A program made the position numbers and the translations under genes. Below are positions 11,631-23,286 of a DNA stretch of 32,138 bases, one piece after another. This stretch comes from Octopus bimaculoides (taxonomy: Eukaryota). Positions within the stretch are counted from its first letter, which is position 1, and each line of letters opens with the position of its first letter. The notes below the pieces were generated by a model, which worked only from the letters and a program-made list of their open reading frames with translations, had not been told where the DNA came from and did no database searches. Location of the stretch: assembly GCF_001194135.2 (NCBI RefSeq), contig NC_068987.1, forward strand, positions 68,795,941-68,828,078, written 5' to 3'.

Positions 11631-12199
11631 TATCTTTATTTTAAGTAATGTTTAAACAACATAAAATAGTTTTCCCTAACTTCCACGTTCATCCCTTTTC
11701 ACACATTGCACTGTTTCTGCCGTGGTACAAGAGCATGCCTGACAACCCACCGTCTCTAACAGAATTAGTTACTCTTTATTGAAGTTATCACGTTGCTATT
11801 TAGATTTTTTTTTTAATTATATATCACAGGTGTAGAGGAAGGTTTTATCTTCTAACTACTTGTGTAGTCCCAGTTGATCGAAAAGTTTTAACTTAAATAT
11901 GAGATCCTTCAGAATTTATTTAAGTTTAGTATCAAAAGTGTCTCTTTGTAATATTTTTTGCTCTGTCGTACTTTCGACGTTCATAATCAACGTCACATCT
12001 GTCTGCTGTCTCTCTCCCTCCCCCTCTCTCTCTCTCTCGTATATGTGTATATATACGTATGTATGTATATACGTATGTATATATGAATGTGTGTATGTAT
12101 GTACGTATGTATATTTACGTATGCATGCATTTATGTACACACACACACACAAACAAACAAACGCACATATTCATACATATTTATATAGGATAAAGGACA

Positions 12200-12417
12200 T
12201 GGATCCTTCCCGAGTATTAATTCATAGGGCCCGCCACCCGGTTTCTGTCGTGTATATTCTCTCCCTGGATGGTACCCCGGTCCGTAGCAGGATTACTCAT
12301 TTCTGCCAGCTGAGTGCACCGGAGCAATGTGAAATGAAGTCTTTTGCACAAGATTCCGGTCCAGGAATCGAAATAACAATCTTACAATCATGAATCCAAC
12401 ACTCTAACCACAAAGCC
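12200..12417 (-). mobile_element. CORE-type SINE (family C), near full-length
   Basis: Reverse complement: A box TGTGGTTAGAG, B box TTCGATTCC, then TTGTGCAAAAGACTTCATTTCACATTGCTCCGGTGCACTCAGCTGGCAGAAATGAGTA. This resembles the CORE-SINE central domain pattern ...GCAAGxCACTT...TTGCTCCAGTxCACxCAGCTG. Confidence 0.7.
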
Positions 12418-13439
12418 TGTAAGGGACGACCGTGCGAACTCAAAAAGGGAGAAATGGTGACGAATGGAAAAACAGGACTCCTTTTATTTAAACGCGTCGC
12501 ACGGTCGAACACAGAATTATATATCGATGGATGATATACATGATATGTTATGCGACGATAACATAGATGACCAGTAATGAAAGACCACAACCGTATAAGA
12601 TGAATAACAGAGATATTTATTGTGGCGTTAAAGATGTATGTCTGTGAGTGAGTGTGAATGCGGCATATAAGAACATAATCAAAGACAGGCCGTCGTACAA
12701 AGAAAAGTATGTATGTGTATGTGTATTATTACAGCAGCTAGAAAGAGAGTCAATAATGGCGATAGTAGTTTGTATCTAATGGCGGGAGGTAGTTTCACTA
12801 CAGCTTCTACTGTAGCTTCTATTGAAGATTACATACGTTCCAATGGCCATAGTCTATATTCTCCAAACAAGTCAGTCATCTAATCTTAAAGAGTTATCTC
12901 TTTTGCTTCTGTACAGATTATAAATACTCATAGAGAGAATTATTGTCTATGAAACTGGCGAAAAATCATTTAGTCTACATCGCAACTCACTATATTACGC
13001 ATGTGAGTCTCTACAGTAATACTTATAGAATGCTTCGCGCCTCAATATTTTCCCATCGGCTATTATGATGTATTTCGTTCTCTACTCGAAGCCATTACTT
13101 CTGTTACCCGATCGGTTTCTCCTTTTGATCCTTTGCATTTCTCTCAATCACTTCTCTCTCTCTCTCTCCCTCTCTCTCTGACCTTCAATTTCTCTCTAGC
13201 TATTTCATTCGTCCTCATTCTCACTCTCTTGCTCAGCGCACAAGAGAATGACAAATATTTGTCAGGCAACTTAACTAAACAATTAAAAACTAAACAAATT
13301 AATGAGCTACAACTGATGATGGCAATGGTGGTTGTGGATGCAGATTGCAACGGCTACATAATTAGCGATGGTGAATGTGAGGGTCATGGGAGGAATTTGT
13401 GGAGATATTCTTCTTGTTCTTTAAAGTTAATCAACCTTG

Positions 13440-13890
13440 ATAAAGCAGACCTACAAACTTACATTCATTACATATATATACATACACTCATATTCATATA
13501 CATGTGCACATTAATGCATACATACATACATACATACATACATACATACATACATACATTCAAACATACATGCATACATGCATACATATATATATATAAA
13601 TATATATATACAAATATACATACGTACATACATATGTACATACATATACATACATGCATACGTATACACATATGTACATGCATATATACATACACATTCA
13701 TACATAGTTATATTCATACATATACATATACATGCATAACTACATATAAATGCACAATCACACACTCACATATAGAGACAAACTGAGGCCACACGCATAT
13801 GTGTGTGCGCGCGTTCGTTTGTGCATGTGCGTGTGTTTATACACGCACGCACGCGCACACGCACACACACACACACACACATATACACAC
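13440..13890. repeat. Degenerate (TACA)n/(CA)n/(TA)n low-complexity tract
   Basis: Read directly. Explains the YIH/TH/CV-rich pseudo-ORFs. Confidence 0.9.
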
Positions 13891-14135
13891 ATACGCTCTT
13901 CTCCCTATGTTCCGCTGTCTTCTTCAAGAACAATAGACTTCCACAAATAAGTGAATGAAAAAATACATAAAATATGATGTCGATTGAAAAAGATGAAGAA
14001 GAAATGTGGAGGAAATAATTAATTAGGTCGATTTTTTTTATGAGTTAGTGTCAATTAGAATATTGCCAATTATAATGTTGAGGGTATTAGAGTAGATGAT
14101 GGCAAAAATAAGGTTCCCCCATTACAAACACATTA

Positions 14136-14181
<46 letters not shown>

Positions 14182-14461
14182 NNNNNNNNNNGTGCGCACA
14201 GGCGTAAGTTCGAACACATACATAATCTTAAACATAAAATCTCACAGTCTTGAGAAAGAATGCGTCATACACGCACACGCACAGACATACACACACAGTC
14301 GCATACGCACAAAGACACATATAGGCATATATACGCACATACATATAAACGTTCGTATACAGAAAGTAAGTGTACTCGTATGTATATCATATATGTATAT
14401 AAAATTTAAAAGTGTGTACTCACAAAGAGATGTTAAAACACTTATTATTTTAAAGCACTTT

Positions 14462-14657
14462 AAGGCGGTCAACTGGCAGAATCGTTAGCACGCTGGACGA
14501 AATGCTTAGCGGTTCAAATTCCGTTGAGGTCGACTTTGCTTTTCATCGTTTCGGGGTCGATAAATTAATTACCAGTGAAACACTGGGGTCGAGGTAATCG
14601 ACTAGCTCCCCCACCACACACACACGCACTAAATTTCAGGCCTTGTGCCTATAGTAG
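14462..14657 (+). mobile_element. SINE family A with internal deletion and 10-bp TSD
   Basis: AAGGCGGTCAACTGGCAGAATCGTTAGC...GGTTCAAATTCC...GGCCTTGTGCCTATAGTAG, flanked by AAAGCACTTT at 14452-14461 and 14658-14667. Confidence 0.88.
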
Positions 14658-15272
14658 AAAGCACTTTTAAGAATAACTGAAGGAATTAATGTTGGTCTGA
14701 ATCTATGCTCATAGTAGAGGCAAATTTGTCGTGAAATCCCAGTCAATTTTATCTTCACGATACACACACTAAGCACGCACATGTATGCCTTTATATATCT
14801 CTGCGGATACATGTGTATTACATATTGTAAAGACTGGGATTTCACAATAAATTTGATACCACTGTCAGCATAGAGTAACAACGCTTCAGTGTTTACTTTG
14901 AAATGTTGTTCTTCAGAATTATAAAATTATTTCGAAGCAGCTTTTTAACAACCACTTATTAAATAATATATTATAGAATAGTCTTTAATATATTTAAGAA
15001 TATTTTTTTAAATAATTATTAAAGAATCATTAAATTATCGAATCAAGGAGGATATTAGTCGTGTAAAGTTAATACTTCATCAACTTATTTGTGTCCTAGC
15101 CACCAATGTATCCTTTTGGCTTAGTTTCTTTCATTTTTCTTTCTTTGTTTCTTTTTTGTTTCTTTTTTTTTTTGTTTAAAGTTTTTGTCTGACAAACCTG
15201 TTGCCTCAAAATTAACTGATCATTTCAGCTATCCATAACGTTATAAATATCCCATCGCTTTAAATATATAAC

Positions 15273-15384
<112 letters not shown>

Positions 15385-16598
15385 NNNNNNNNNNNNNNNN
15401 NNNNNNNNNNNNNNNNNNNNNNNNNNNNNNNNNNNNNNNNNNNNNNNNNNNNNNNNNNNNNNNNNNNNNNNNNNNNNNNNNNNNNNNNNNNNNNNNNNNN
15501 NNNNNNNNNNNNNNNNNNNNNNNNNNNNNNNNNNNNNNNNNNNNNNNNNNNNNNNNNNNNNNNNNNNNNNNNNNNNNNNNNNNNNNNNNNNNNNNNNNNN
15601 NNNNNNNNNNNNNNNNNNNNNNNNNNNNNNNNNNNNNNNNNNNNNNNNNNNNNNNNNNNNNNNNNNNNNNNNNNNNNNNNNNNNNNNNNNNNNNNNNNNN
15701 NNNNNNNNNNNNNNNNNNNNNNNNNGTGCGTATCTATTCATGTATATATATATATATATATATATCACACACGCATACACATACACGAAGAAAATAAATG
15801 TCTTGCAGTTCTTTTTATTTTCTCACAAAAGCAATGCTCTAAAATACGACTGTTCTCTATCATAGTTCGGTTAAGAATCTATTCTGGAAATGTTCCTTTG
15901 AATTAAGTACTCTATCTATGAAGCACTCTAAGGAATATATCTACAAGTCACATCCTTGAAATGTTGGCAGTTGTTTTGCAATCTCATAAGATATCTGGCC
16001 AGGTCATGTAGGTGCCAGCTGTAGAGGAGTTACACATTGCTTTTGGTCTGTTGCCAAGTTGCCAAATACTATGTTTGTTGAACTCTGCTAGACCGCCAGC
16101 AGCAAATTATTCAGTACAAAGAAAAAAGTGGGGAACTTTCAAAGTGAGTATAGAAATCTTCATAGGAAACTACGCAGGTGTGAAGTGAATACAGCGAATT
16201 AATAGAAATAGAAGACATCAGAAGCCAGGCAGGCAAGACTGACAGATAGAGTTTCAGAGCCACATGCGCATGCGCTCTCATATTCACACAGACCATACGT
16301 ATGTATATACATATATATATATATNNNNNNNNNNNNNNNNNNNNNNNNNNNNNNNNNNNNNNNNNNNNNNNNNNNNNNNNNNNNNNNNNNNNNNNNNNNN
16401 NNNNNNNNNNNNNNNNNNNNNNNNNNNNNNNNNNNNNNNNNNNNNNNNNNNNNNNNNNNNNNNNNNNNNNNNNNNNNNNNNNNNNNNNNNNNNNNNNNNN
16501 NNNNNNNNNNNNNNNNNNNNNNNNNNNNNNNNNNNNNNNNNNNNNNNNNNNNNNNNNNNNNNNNNNNNNNNNNNNNNNNNNNNNNNNNNNNNNNNNNN

Positions 16599-16640
<42 letters not shown>

Positions 16641-16778
16641 CACACATATATGTATATGCAAACTCTCGTACTCTGTCTTCCTCGCCTCTCTTTCTTTCTC
16701 TCTCTCTCTCTACACTCACCCACATACACTCACACACAAACACATATACATGCATACACATACATATAGACAAACAGG

Positions 16779-16845
<67 letters not shown>
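16779..16845. repeat. (GATA)n microsatellite
   Basis: Read directly from sequence. Confidence 0.95.
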
Positions 16846-16846
<1 letters not shown>

Positions 16847-18334
16847 AAAGAGAGAGAGGGAGTGAGATGACAGAATGAGAAGAAAGACGATACGTATAGG
16901 TGAAGCTGCAGATAGTGTGCATTACAGAAAGAGAGAGAGAGAGAGTGAGTGAGAAAGCGAGAGAGAGAGAGAGAGCAGTAAACGCAAAGAAGTATTGTGT
17001 CAGAGGGGGAGATGAAAAGGAAGGATTATGAAAGAAGATCGTCTTTGGAGACTCAAATCAATGATGATGATGATGATGAGGGTGAAAAAGGAGGAGGGAG
17101 AAGAAAAGGCAATCAAGGGCAAGAGATTAGAAGAGCTGCGAATGCGTATGAAAAGGTGAATGTTACCTTTTATTGTAAGAAGGGAAGTAGGCCAAAGTGG
17201 GTTTCATGTTATTGTTTGGCTAAGTGTTTGTTAAAATGTCTGACAAGGAAAGTTTTAGTAAGAGGGGAAAAACTAGAAAGAAAGAAAGAAAGAAAGGAAG
17301 AAAGAAACGATGAACGAACGAACGAACGAACGAACGAATGAATGAATGAGTGAGTGAATGAGTGAATGAATAGAAAGAGACAGTGAGAAAGATAGAGAAA
17401 GCAGTGTTAGGTAAGTAAGATGTACGAATAAGATAAACGCAGATGAGTATTGAACACGAGTCAACAACAAATAAATAAAAATGCAAGAGAAAATGAAATG
17501 AAAATTATACGTATACATATATACATACATACATATATATATATATATATGTACTGAGATGGACAATGTATTTATGAAAAAAGATAGTGATTGAGAGAGG
17601 GAGAGAACTGAAGAGAGAAAGAAAGGATGACTATTAATAACGTGGAGTCAGAAAATTATGAATTAGCGTTTGCTAAATAAGAGGGCGCAAAACACACAGA
17701 AAACAAAGACAAAATAAGAAAGACCGAGTTAGAATAGAAGACAGAAAAATGAAAGAATAAAGTAGAAGAAAGAAAATGAGTTCGAGAAGGGACAGATATA
17801 GGGGGAAAAAATAATAAAACAGAAAAAGAGAGAAAGTACACGGAGTTTACCGAAAGAGAACGTAACAGAGGAAGCAAGTTAATGAGAGACAGACGTGGAG
17901 AGAAGTGGAAAGAGAGAAAAACTGAGAAATGGGAATAAATGGACAAATAGATGAAGAGAAAATAAGAAAAACAATTCAATATAGCGAAGGAGGGGAGCTT
18001 TCGTGCGGAGAGTCGATTTCATTCTGGTCGATACTTCATATTCGAAAATATTCCTTGCCAAACCAATGATTTTCTCCTACTTCTGCTTCTTAATAAGACT
18101 AAATTTCAGTAGAGCCCAACAGAGGCCAGATCTTGCAAGGAAGAGCAATGTGGAGAGGATAAAGGAAGGTCAAAATGGGAAAGTGGCAAAAACAGATATC
18201 ACTCTTTCTTGACCTGTAGAAGTTGAAATAAAGTTGCGAGATCTTTGAAACTACTTTAGAGCAGTGTTATTGTTTGTTTTGATAGATTTGTTGTTACTTT
18301 GCTGTTCTTGCTGCTGTCGTATTGATGATGGCTA

Positions 18335-18455
18335 TGACGACGACGACGGTGGCGGCGGAGTCGTTGTTGTTGTTGGTGGTGGTGGTGGTGGTGGTNNNNN
18401 NNNNNNNNNNNNNNNNNNNNNNNNNNNNNNNNNNNNNNNNNNNNNNNNGTTGTTG

Positions 18456-18487
<32 letters not shown>

Positions 18488-18640
18488 GGCGGTACTGGCG
18501 GCGGTGGTAGTAGTGGTGGAGATGGTAGTAGTGGTGGTGGTGGTAGTAGTGGTGGTGGTGGTAGTGGTGGTATTGGTGATGGTGATGAGGGTGGTGATAA
18601 CGCTGCTGCTGCTGCTGCTGATGATGATGATGATGTGGAA
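18335..18640. repeat. Mixed trinucleotide tract (GAC/GTT/GGT/GTA/GCT/GAT)n with gap
   Basis: Read directly. Source of the poly-V/T/G pseudo-ORFs. Confidence 0.9.
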
Positions 18641-18913
18641 GAAGAAAGAGAGAGGAATTAGGCTGAAGGAGACGAGTGAGTACTGATGATGGCGAGGAGC
18701 AGGATATAGTGGCGGGAGAAGCTTTATTATTGTCTGAATTGTGAATATATTCCTGTGATGTGCATGAGGATTATCATGTAATAACATTTTATATTTGCTG
18801 TTGTTGTTTATACTGTTTCCTTGTCGTCGTCGTCGTCGTCCTTGTTGTTGCACGTTTGTAAAAGCTATTGACTTGGAAAACTTTGGAAATGTTTCAATTC
18901 ACATCTTCGTCAT

Positions 18914-18914
<1 letters not shown>

Positions 18915-18960
<46 letters not shown>

Positions 18961-18990
18961 TCGTCGTCGTCATCGTCATCGTCACTGCTG
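18915..18990. repeat. (GCC)n-(GAC)n-(GTC)n trinucleotide tract with central palindrome
   Basis: (GAC)4(GTC)4 at 18948-18971 is a perfect 24-bp palindrome. Confidence 0.9.
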
Positions 18991-19794
18991 TTGTTCTCCT
19001 TCATCTCCATCTTCATCTCCATCTCCATCTCGCTTGCCAATGTTTCTTTATTGGCTGGGGATTATTCGTTGGTAGTTCCACATAAGGAACAAGGAAGAAG
19101 AGAGATTATAATGTGCAGGTGGTGCTGGATCAAGTTCTAGCGTTTGGATCCATACCTCAAGCTGTCATAGGTCATGTGAGTAAGGCATGAGATAACCGAA
19201 AGGATTCTTCCACGTGACTGGAAATGACACAGCGTTGTGGGAAGTTAGCTGGAAAAATCTATAATACTATTAATGCATTAATGTTTATTGTTCATGTAAG
19301 ACTATTCGCTTTCTCACCGACTTCTTGGCCGATCTTGCAAACACCTACTCAAAATATTAGCAGCAATATGCAGTGAGGTCTTTCGGAAGACAAGTAAGGT
19401 TAAGACCTCTACAAAATATCTTATTGATATATTTCAACAACATTTTAGCTTATTTTAGCCTAAACACTTCTGCAATTAATCTCTTCAATGAATAATTATG
19501 TGTATAGCTGTTTAGTATTTATCTGCATTTTGGTAATATTTTTACAACTTTTGTAATTATCTATGCAATAAATATACTCTTATATGCAGAGGATTATAGT
19601 TGGTCATGAATTTTTTCCCCTATCTTTTGCACAATATGAGGATTTTGTTGGAAATCGAAGGAACGTACGTGGCATGGGAATATTTTCAGGCTGAATTTCT
19701 GGGCCAACCACGCAGAAAAAATGACATTAGTTACATATAACACCAGATACTTCACACAAAAGTATGTTGCTTGTATTCTATGTTGTCGCTGGGC

Positions 19795-19866
19795 TTTTTA
19801 GCCCAAGATCAGCTCTGGGAGGGCGTTTCTATAATGAAAGGCCATGTAGCCATAGTTACACTGTCT
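19795..19866 (-). mobile_element. Family E tail fragment, degraded
   Basis: TTTAGCCCAAGATCAG...CTATAATGAAAGGC is similar to 6825-6870. Confidence 0.35.
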
Positions 19867-20016
19867 TCTATTCTTGACAGTTAACATTATCCAATTTCAT
19901 CTTTTAGAGGCGGCATGGATTGGATTTCTCTGCAGTTTCTAACAGGTAGAACAACCACATACAAGATTTTCATTACCTCTCACTGTATATTGTTTGCCAG
20001 AAACGGTACGTCATAA

Positions 20017-20222
20017 TAATCCTTTCTATTATAAGCACAAGACCTGAAATTTTGTGGGAGGAGGTTAGATCGACCCCAGTGCTTAACTGGTACTTATTTC
20101 TTCGACTTCGAAATGATGAAAGGATGAAAATCGAAGTCGGCCTCAGCAGAAGTTGAACTCGGAACATAAAGATGGAAGAAATGCCGCTATGCATTTTACC
20201 TGGTGTGTCAGGTCGCCGCCTT
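20017..20222 (-). mobile_element. SINE family A copy
   Basis: CCTTTCTATTATAAGCACAAGACCTGAAATTTTG...ATCGACCCCAGTGCTTAACTGGTACTTATTT...TTGAACTCGGAACATAAAG...GGTCGCCGCCTT. Confidence 0.85.
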
Positions 20223-20544
20223 GAGAAACCATAGTAACGATAACTATTGGATCTAGTTCAAAACGGGGGCACCAGTATTTTCTTAACGAAACACTTTGAA
20301 ACTTGGGACACTGGTAGAATGTGTAATATAAAACATCTTTTTCTCTTAGTCTTCTTAACAAAAAAACGTACATCGCAAGTTATTTCATGTTAAAGTTGTC
20401 GTATTTCTGTAATTTCAACCAATGACTGACGTCCATTCAGCCGAAGACATTAACTGCTGACTATGTAAACAAACGATTCTCGCGGTGATAAAATTATTAT
20501 TTCCTTGTCAAAAAATGGCTGAAGCATATTGGCAGTAGCTAATA

Positions 20545-20599
20545 AACCTTTCTATTATAGGCACAAGGCATGGTTTTTGAGGGAAGGAGCAAGTCAATT
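20545..20599 (-). mobile_element. 5'-truncated SINE family A 3' end nested in the MITE
   Basis: CCTTTCTATTATAGGCACAAGGC...GAGGGAAGGAGCAAGTCAATT matches the family A tail. Confidence 0.7.
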
Positions 20600-20855
20600 A
20601 GGGTNNNNNNNNNNNNNNNNNNNNNNNNNNNNNNNNNNNNNNNNNNNNNNNNNNNNNNNNNNNNNNNNNNNNNNNNNNNNNNNNNNNNNNNNNNNNNNNN
20701 NNNNNNNNNNNNNNNNNNNNNNNNNNNNNNNNNNNNNNNNNNNNNNNNNNNNNNNNNNNNNNNNNNNNNNNNNNNNNNNNNNNNNNNNNNNNNNNNNNNN
20801 NNNNNNNNNNNNNNNNNNNNNNNNNNNNNNNNNNNNNNNAGGGTTAGGGTTAGGG
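20598..20855 (+). repeat. Interstitial (TTAGGG)n tract flanking a 235-N gap
   Basis: TTAGGGT before the gap (20598-20604) and AGGGTTAGGGTTAGGG after it (20840-20855). Gap content is unseen. Confidence 0.6.
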
Positions 20856-21359
20856 AAAACGAACACACGTGTGTTGCTTCTGAAAAATGTCAGAAGTAAT
20901 GGAGATTAAATACGCTTTACACCGCTTAAACTTCCAAAGGAGTAAGTGTAAACAGCTGAATACTTGTCAGTGATTGGTTGAAATTATCGAAATAAGACAA
21001 TTTTTACATGAAATAAATTCGAATACAAAAATTTATTTCTGTTCTATAACACAAAATAGATAAGTATACGAAGTTTGAAAGTCTTTCGGTACCAAAAACA
21101 CTACATAAAACATAAATGAAAATTGGTGCCCCCGTTTTGAACAAGATCCTAACTATTAATAAAGAAAGAATCAGTGAAAGATTTCTCATATGTACACACG
21201 CACACACAGCCAGACACACAGACACACGCACACACATACACGGCGCAACACAACACAACAATATACACTCACAAACATGCGAAAAATGAAGTAGTTAGAG
21301 ATGGGGAGGCGGGACATGGGACCGAGATAAATTAATAAGTAAGTTGTTTAAATCTTAGA

Positions 21360-21398
<39 letters not shown>

Positions 21399-23286
21399 GA
21401 AGAGGAGGCGAGAGGATGTGTAAATGGTAGACACAGATACATACACGTTGAGAAATATAGTTATGTATGTTCGTGTATATACTAAACTGTGAGTACACAT
21501 ATAAATTTAAGCTTAAGCTACTTTTGATTTAGTCTCTATAGCGTTCTCATATTTATTCAAGAGAATACATGAGAGTACACAGCCAACTTTTTGATGTAGA
21601 ATTTCTAAGGGAAAGGATGTCTTTGTGCTCTGTCAAATCGTTCATTCATTCAACAGCAGATGTAGTTGACGTTTGTATGGAAGATACATCAAATGCTAGT
21701 GGCGAACTTATTTTAATGGTCACTTGCTGATAAGCAAATGCACAATAAACTGATCTATTGGTTAAATTCGTGAAGTTCAGATACGTCCAGTCGGGAGATT
21801 TAACTGCTGTTCGATTGAGGTCGTATTCCTGACAAATCTTCTTAGGCCCATTTACTAATTTCTAGTGACGATTTGTCAAAGAAAATTCAAACGAGCCTCT
21901 ATCAGTTCCTGAAGTATGGTTTTGGTTATATTCAATGTCTTTTTTCTTTTAATTTTTCTTTTTTTTTTTTTTTTTTNNNNNNNNNNNNNNNNNNNNNNAA
22001 AAAAAAAAAAAAAAAAAAAAAAGGAAAGAGAGAGGAAAAGAAAGAAAAAGAAAGAAACAGGAAGAGTATTAGGTTTAAGGTGACAGGGAAATTTGATATG
22101 ATATAAAACCTAACAGCTTCACTTCAAACTCTGATAGTAAGTTTTCTTTTATTTGTATCAATATATAGTGTATCAAAAGTGAATAACACAAAAATACTTC
22201 AAAAGTGATCGATACTCAAGGAGATTAAATTTAGTCTTTAATATTGCACCATAAATGTGATCAGAAGCGATATTGCTTTAATTCTACATTTGAAAGGTTA
22301 CTCACATTCATGTATTTCACAAGTGCCCCAAATTTATGTACTTCAAAAAGAATCGCAAAATCACACACCACAGGAAATGTATACCGTTGGTGAGTAAACA
22401 ACAACAACAACAACAATGACAGAAACAAGAAAAAATCACAAGAACAACAACATGAACTGACATTAGAAAGAATGGCTTTCATAAGGTCTCATCTCTTTCC
22501 TTCTATTCAATCAAATAGTGTTTCTTTACTCTCAAGCTATATAAAATCCCGGTGCAGGGATATAAAAAGTTTATAAAAAAAAATTCAAAGCTTTATCAAG
22601 AGACAGGAGCGGATACGCTCTCTACCTCAGGGTAAAAATTCAAAGAAGCTGTACTTCACAGGCCGGCTTTGGCTGACTGCATTGCCTTTCCATTTTATAT
22701 GAGATAGCCGGAAGCACACTAAAGCCGTCCCATCGGTAATGTGTTCCCACTAGAGATTCAATTCTGATTTCTCAGATGATACACTCAACTCTAAATGAAC
22801 TTTCACCTAATTAGCACCAATCTAAAGATTTTTTATCTTTGCATCTTAAATCATTTCAACACAAACGTAAACATATACATAATATGTAGACACATATGTA
22901 TGTATGAATATAAGAAAAAGAGAGAGCGATAGACGAAGAGCGAGAACATATGGCTACTTAAGTAATACTTTCGTAAAATCAGTTATCAGTTCGATCCCAT
23001 TTCATGTATTATTTTTGTACTCTTTTATAGGACACCTTCACGCGAACTGTACATAAACAACTGCCTAATGTACAACAGTTCCCTACACTTTGAGTTACTT
23101 TGCACGAGGGCTTCAGCAACTACGAAAACTTGTTCAGACTTGTGACTAGGATATGCGTGACGTTGCTTATATAACATGAAGTAATCTAATATTAAACACG
23201 AAGGGAAAATTTACCGTTGATATATATTTACCACGCTGACACTAACGAAAGCTAGATACCGCCCATATTTCATTTCTAACATTAAC

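Larger units (their letters stand above)
20249..21149. mobile_element. Non-autonomous DNA transposon (MITE-like; Mutator/MULE- or Merlin-like termini)
   Basis: 26-bp TIR: GGATCTAGTTCAAAACGGGGGCACCA (20249-20274) vs revcomp GGATCTTGTTCAAAACGGGGGCACCA (21149-21124), 1 mismatch. Perfect 8-bp TSD TAACTATT (20241-20248 and 21150-21157). Inner inverted block 20380-20441 vs 20955-21016 matches at 52/62. No transposase ORF visible. Confidence 0.88.

Noticed and set aside
13133-13786. 217-aa ORF with a hydrophobic start resembling a signal peptide
   Set aside because: The N-terminus comes from (CT)n and the C-terminal half from (TACA)n. The start is a non-ATG codon.
16997-17341. Charged 114-aa ORF
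   Set aside because: Produced by purine-rich (GAT)n/(GAAA)n/(GAAC)n repeats.
22538-22570. TATA-box-like TATATAAAA motifs
   Set aside because: Expected by chance in AT-rich DNA, with no downstream gene evidence.
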